A stretch of DNA of 64,000 bases from Mytilus trossulus (Eukaryota): assembly GCF_036588685.1 (NCBI RefSeq), contig NC_086386.1, positions 29,140,001 to 29,204,000 of the forward strand. Reading direction: 5' to 3'. The notes beneath the pieces were generated by a model, which saw only the letters and a list, made by a program, of their open reading frames with translations, searched no databases and was not told the DNA's origin. Shown here piece by piece: positions 60,735 through 64,000 of the stretch (positions are counted from its first letter, which is position 1; every line of letters begins with the position of its first letter). A program made the position numbers and the translations under genes.

Positions 60735-60859
60735 CTAACCTTTGAGTGATACAGCAATATTTGTTTTCTTAAGCACTTCCAATACTTCATCAGCTGACAA
60801 AGAAGATGTCACTGTCACTGTTTTGGTCGGAACATCAGTAACGACTTCAGTCACTTTAT
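60735..60859 (-). CDS. ATOX1: ATOX1 last coding exon
   Basis: tttttag| acceptor; stop TAG 60737-60735; donor 10 nt after the stop (60725|gtaaat); probable 3' UTR exon starts at 59781. Confidence 0.9.
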
Positions 60860-63800
60860 CTAAAAATAAAAATATATTTTTCTCAAAAAACCTTCATCGT
60901 CATTTATAAATGCCATCATCCTAACAAATTGAACTCTTTGTTTTTGTTTCACATTTATCTTCATGGTAAACTGTTGGGTAAATAACAATGTTATTGGTCA
61001 GCTTTCACCAAATATTTAGTCAAAATCACAGGCACATGCCTCTGCAAACATGTATCCTATATTTAAGAAATAATTCATGGGGGCTTGAATATATCGTGAT
61101 TTTACCACGGGTTGGCCCTTTATGACAAATATTTTACCCTGAGCAATAGCAAGGGGTAAAATATCGTCATAAAGGGATAACCCGTGGTAAAATCTAGATA
61201 TATTCAAGCCCCCATGAATTATTTCGATTCTAATACGACAAATACAGCAATTCATTAGATCAAAGCGCTCTAGATAGAGGCAAATATTTGCCGTTCCCAT
61301 AAATTACCGCACTTTTAGACTGGCGTAAAAGAACGGAGAAAACAGAATAAGTAACATGCTCAAACTATTTACGATAGCGAATTTAGATAGATTTGGATGA
61401 ATTTTAATGATAATTCACTTATATGTCTTCTATGTATAAAAAATGGGCTTACACCAGTTTAGCATCGTTTGTTTACGTTTCCTTGTGATGATTTTATGGT
61501 ATCAGGAGCGTGATTTTACCCGTAAAATGCTTAAATTATTACGTCATCATTCTATGACGTCGGGTACTTCATTCATAAAACAACATATGACGTGGGAGTA
61601 CAATAGGAACAGCCAATGCAATATATTCATATTTTACCACGGGTGTGTACTCAAAGCGTTTGAAGGATGTCATGTTAGAATTACCATTATGCAAGCTATT
61701 TTGGCTTGAAATAAAATCTCAATCCAAAGTTTGTAACTTGTGCGAGTACACAGTTATTTTGTAGTGCATTTCTTTTAGACAATAAATGAAAATAAAAAAA
61801 ATCCAACCTGCGCATTCTCAATAATAATTTTACAGTGTTATATACTACTTTTGGGACAAATTATATCAAAATTATAGAAAACTTCATCAGCTCTGACTCA
61901 AAATATGGACAATTTGATGTTCAGAGGGTCTTGAAATCTATTGACAGCTTCCGAAATACTTATTTTAAATCTTTTTCAGGGACCAAATCACTACTTTACT
62001 TTAAAATTCATGAATAAAAAAGTTTCAGTGTAATTTTATCCCCCTACTTGCTATTTGAGGCGTAAAACATGAAGTAATATATTTGGAAGGGGTATGAAAA
62101 AGATAGGCAAGTAACACACTGTCCACACTAGGGACTTTATTCGTGGACAACGAATATCAAGGGATGATAACTGTGTACTCGGACCAACTGTTTGAAAATT
62201 GCTTTGTTATAAGAACCCTATAACACAGACCAAACGTTGTCTTTAATTTTGTACTTGAACATGTTAAATTTTCCTAAAACTTATCAAATTTGTATACATG
62301 TAAATGTGCACTTGTATAAGGTTGATTTCTATCCGACACAGCTCGTATATATTTTGTAACAAGGTCAAGTGTATAGGATTTTTTTTACAGAGACAAGTGT
62401 CTGTGGTCAAAATTCTTAATATTGACAAAAAAAAAGTTATGCCCACAACAAAACATTTCAATAAAGCTGAGTGGCCACTGAAGTGCATATTTTACATGCA
62501 TATTGCAAAATGTCTGTGTATGATAAAAACACTTGAGTTTACTTTCATAATTTACAAGAGAAAATAACAAAAGTTTGAAAACCTTTTATTATTAACATGA
62601 ATGATTTAGAAGTTTACAAAGGTTGTTAAAATGAAAAGTTAAAATGTTTGACATGTTTGATGAAGGTTAAAAACACAGACAAAATAAATATTCATACACA
62701 GCTCTGTACAATAAATATATTATGTTGATTACTCTGGTTTACTTCAAGTTTTAACGTTATCTATATGCAGGTACATGTACAAGCCAGTTTACTATTTTAA
62801 ATGCATTAATTCCACAATACTGAAGAAAATAAGTTTGAAGAAACTAATGTTTATATAATCTTGTTCATTTAAACATATAACTTGCTACAAAAAAAATATA
62901 TTATGGTCAGTTATTGTGGAAGATAATCTACATTGTAAGATTAATATCATTTGTTTTAGAAATACTGGCATGACTGGTACAATGTACATACATTTGTATT
63001 CTGACATGTTTAAAATGCATCTACATGTACATGTACCTATAACATGTATAAATTGATTTCTTTGTCAATAAAGCAATACTTATTACCATTAAAAGAACAG
63101 TCATTCTCTCCCAAATAATAACCATTTATATTCATTTTTTCCAGAACAATTATACGGTTTAGAAAGAAAAAAAAACATATTGAATTATCAACATGATTTA
63201 ATAAGTTGATGAAGTTGTAAATATGTTCAGATTTATAGTTTTTTTGTTGTTTTCCCTACTGGGCTAGCATGCATACATGTACACACATAATGTATGTGCC
63301 TTCTTGTTATCTTCAACATACTGAAGCTATTCAGAAGTACCGGTATTATGTTGATGTACATGTAGAAACATTTTTTATATCAGACTCTGCCCCCACATTT
63401 GTGTAGATGTGAACCTGTAAACTTACTGCCCTGTTTTTCCAAGCACTTTTTAGCGGCATAAGCACAACTTTGTGAATCTGTAAACTTACCGCCCTGTTTT
63501 CCAAGCACTCTTTTAGCAGTATAAGCACAACTTTGTGAATCTGTAAACTTGCCACCCTGTTTTCCAAGCACTCTTTTAAACTTTACCACCCTGTTTTCAA
63601 AGCACTCTTTTAGCAGCTTTAGCACAACTTTGTGAATCTATAAACTAACCACCGTTTTCCAAGCTCTTTTTTTTTAGCGCATTAGCACGTCAACTTTGTG
63701 AATCTGTAAACTTACCACCCTGTTTTTCAAGAACTTTATAAGCAGCATAATTAGCACAACTTTGTTGATATAGATATAGGAAGATGTGGTGTGAGTGCCA

Positions 63801-63986
63801 ATGAGACAACTCTCCATCCAAATAACAATTTAAAAATTAAACCATTATAAGTTAAAGTACGGCCTTCAACACGGAGCTTTGGCTCACACCGAACAACAAT
63901 GTACACTTACCACCCTGTTTTCCAAGCACTCTTTTAGCTGCATTAGCACATCCTTCACATGTCATTTCCATATTAAATTGGTAAGT
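60735..63986 (-). CDS. ATOX1: Copper chaperone ATOX1 (HMA domain); start exon lies beyond the window
   Basis: Exons 63986-63911 and 60859-60735 join in phase 1 to give TYQFNMEMTCEGCANAAKRVLGKQGDKVTEVVTDVPTKTVTVTSSLSADEVLEVLKKTNIAVSLKG-stop, with MxCxxC and LKKT motifs. Confidence 0.92.
61060..61682. mobile_element. Non-autonomous DNA element with a long terminal fold-back, in an ATOX1 intron
   Basis: GAAATAATTCATGGGGGCTTGAATATATC...ATTTTACCACGGGTT..CCCTTTATGAC mirrored at ~61150-61227. Confidence 0.65.
63410..63765. repeat. ~63-bp tandem repeat derived from the ATOX1 exon 3' half plus donor site, ~6 copies
   Basis: Minus-strand unit TTTACAGATTCACAAAGTTGTGCT.ATGC.GCTAAAAGAGTGCTTGGAAAACAGGG(T/C)GGTAAG matches exon 63911-63950 and its donor. 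Confidence 0.85.
63911..63986 (-). CDS. ATOX1: ATOX1 exon with the MTCEGC copper-binding motif
   Basis: tttacag| acceptor, g|gtaagt donor, 76 nt. Confidence 0.92.
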
Positions 63987-64000
63987 CTGTAAATGAGTAA

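Noticed and set aside
63346-63625. Repeat-protein ORFs on the minus strand
   Set aside because: They arise from the ATOX1 exon-derived tandem repeat and show no independent gene structure.

Overview
AT-rich, intron-containing animal genomic DNA; the repeat families and gene content point to a bivalve mollusc, most like Mytilus (inference). Four spliced host genes can be rebuilt from GT-AG junctions with consistent phases: (1) the 3' half of PDZD8 (+, 1746-16672); (2) a four-exon, ~816-aa STAND-type (nSTAND3-like) protein with degenerate Walker motifs and a polybasic-CaaX tail (-, 35498-27418); (3) a two-coding-exon, ~179-aa secreted Thr/Pro-rich protein with two 4-Cys repeats (+, 43136-44530); (4) the copper chaperone ATOX1 (-, runs off the window end). 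Much of the rest is mobile DNA: hAT- and Tc1/mariner-like MITEs with TSDs, Helentron-like elements carrying satellites, tRNA-derived SINEs, a type I hammerhead ribozyme (retrozyme-like), Penelope-like and L2 fragments, and a decayed Gypsy pol. The most unusual feature is an ~8-kb, nearly intact RTE-X-like LINE (-, ~46832-54990). It has a stand-alone SGNH esterase ORF, a PHD ORF1, and an ORF2 with no AUG start that overlaps ORF1 in the -1 frame across a canonical slippery heptamer. It also carries two clusters (6+4 copies) of a conserved 20-nt hairpin placed just downstream of stop codons, with features suggesting folding on the antisense/cDNA strand.
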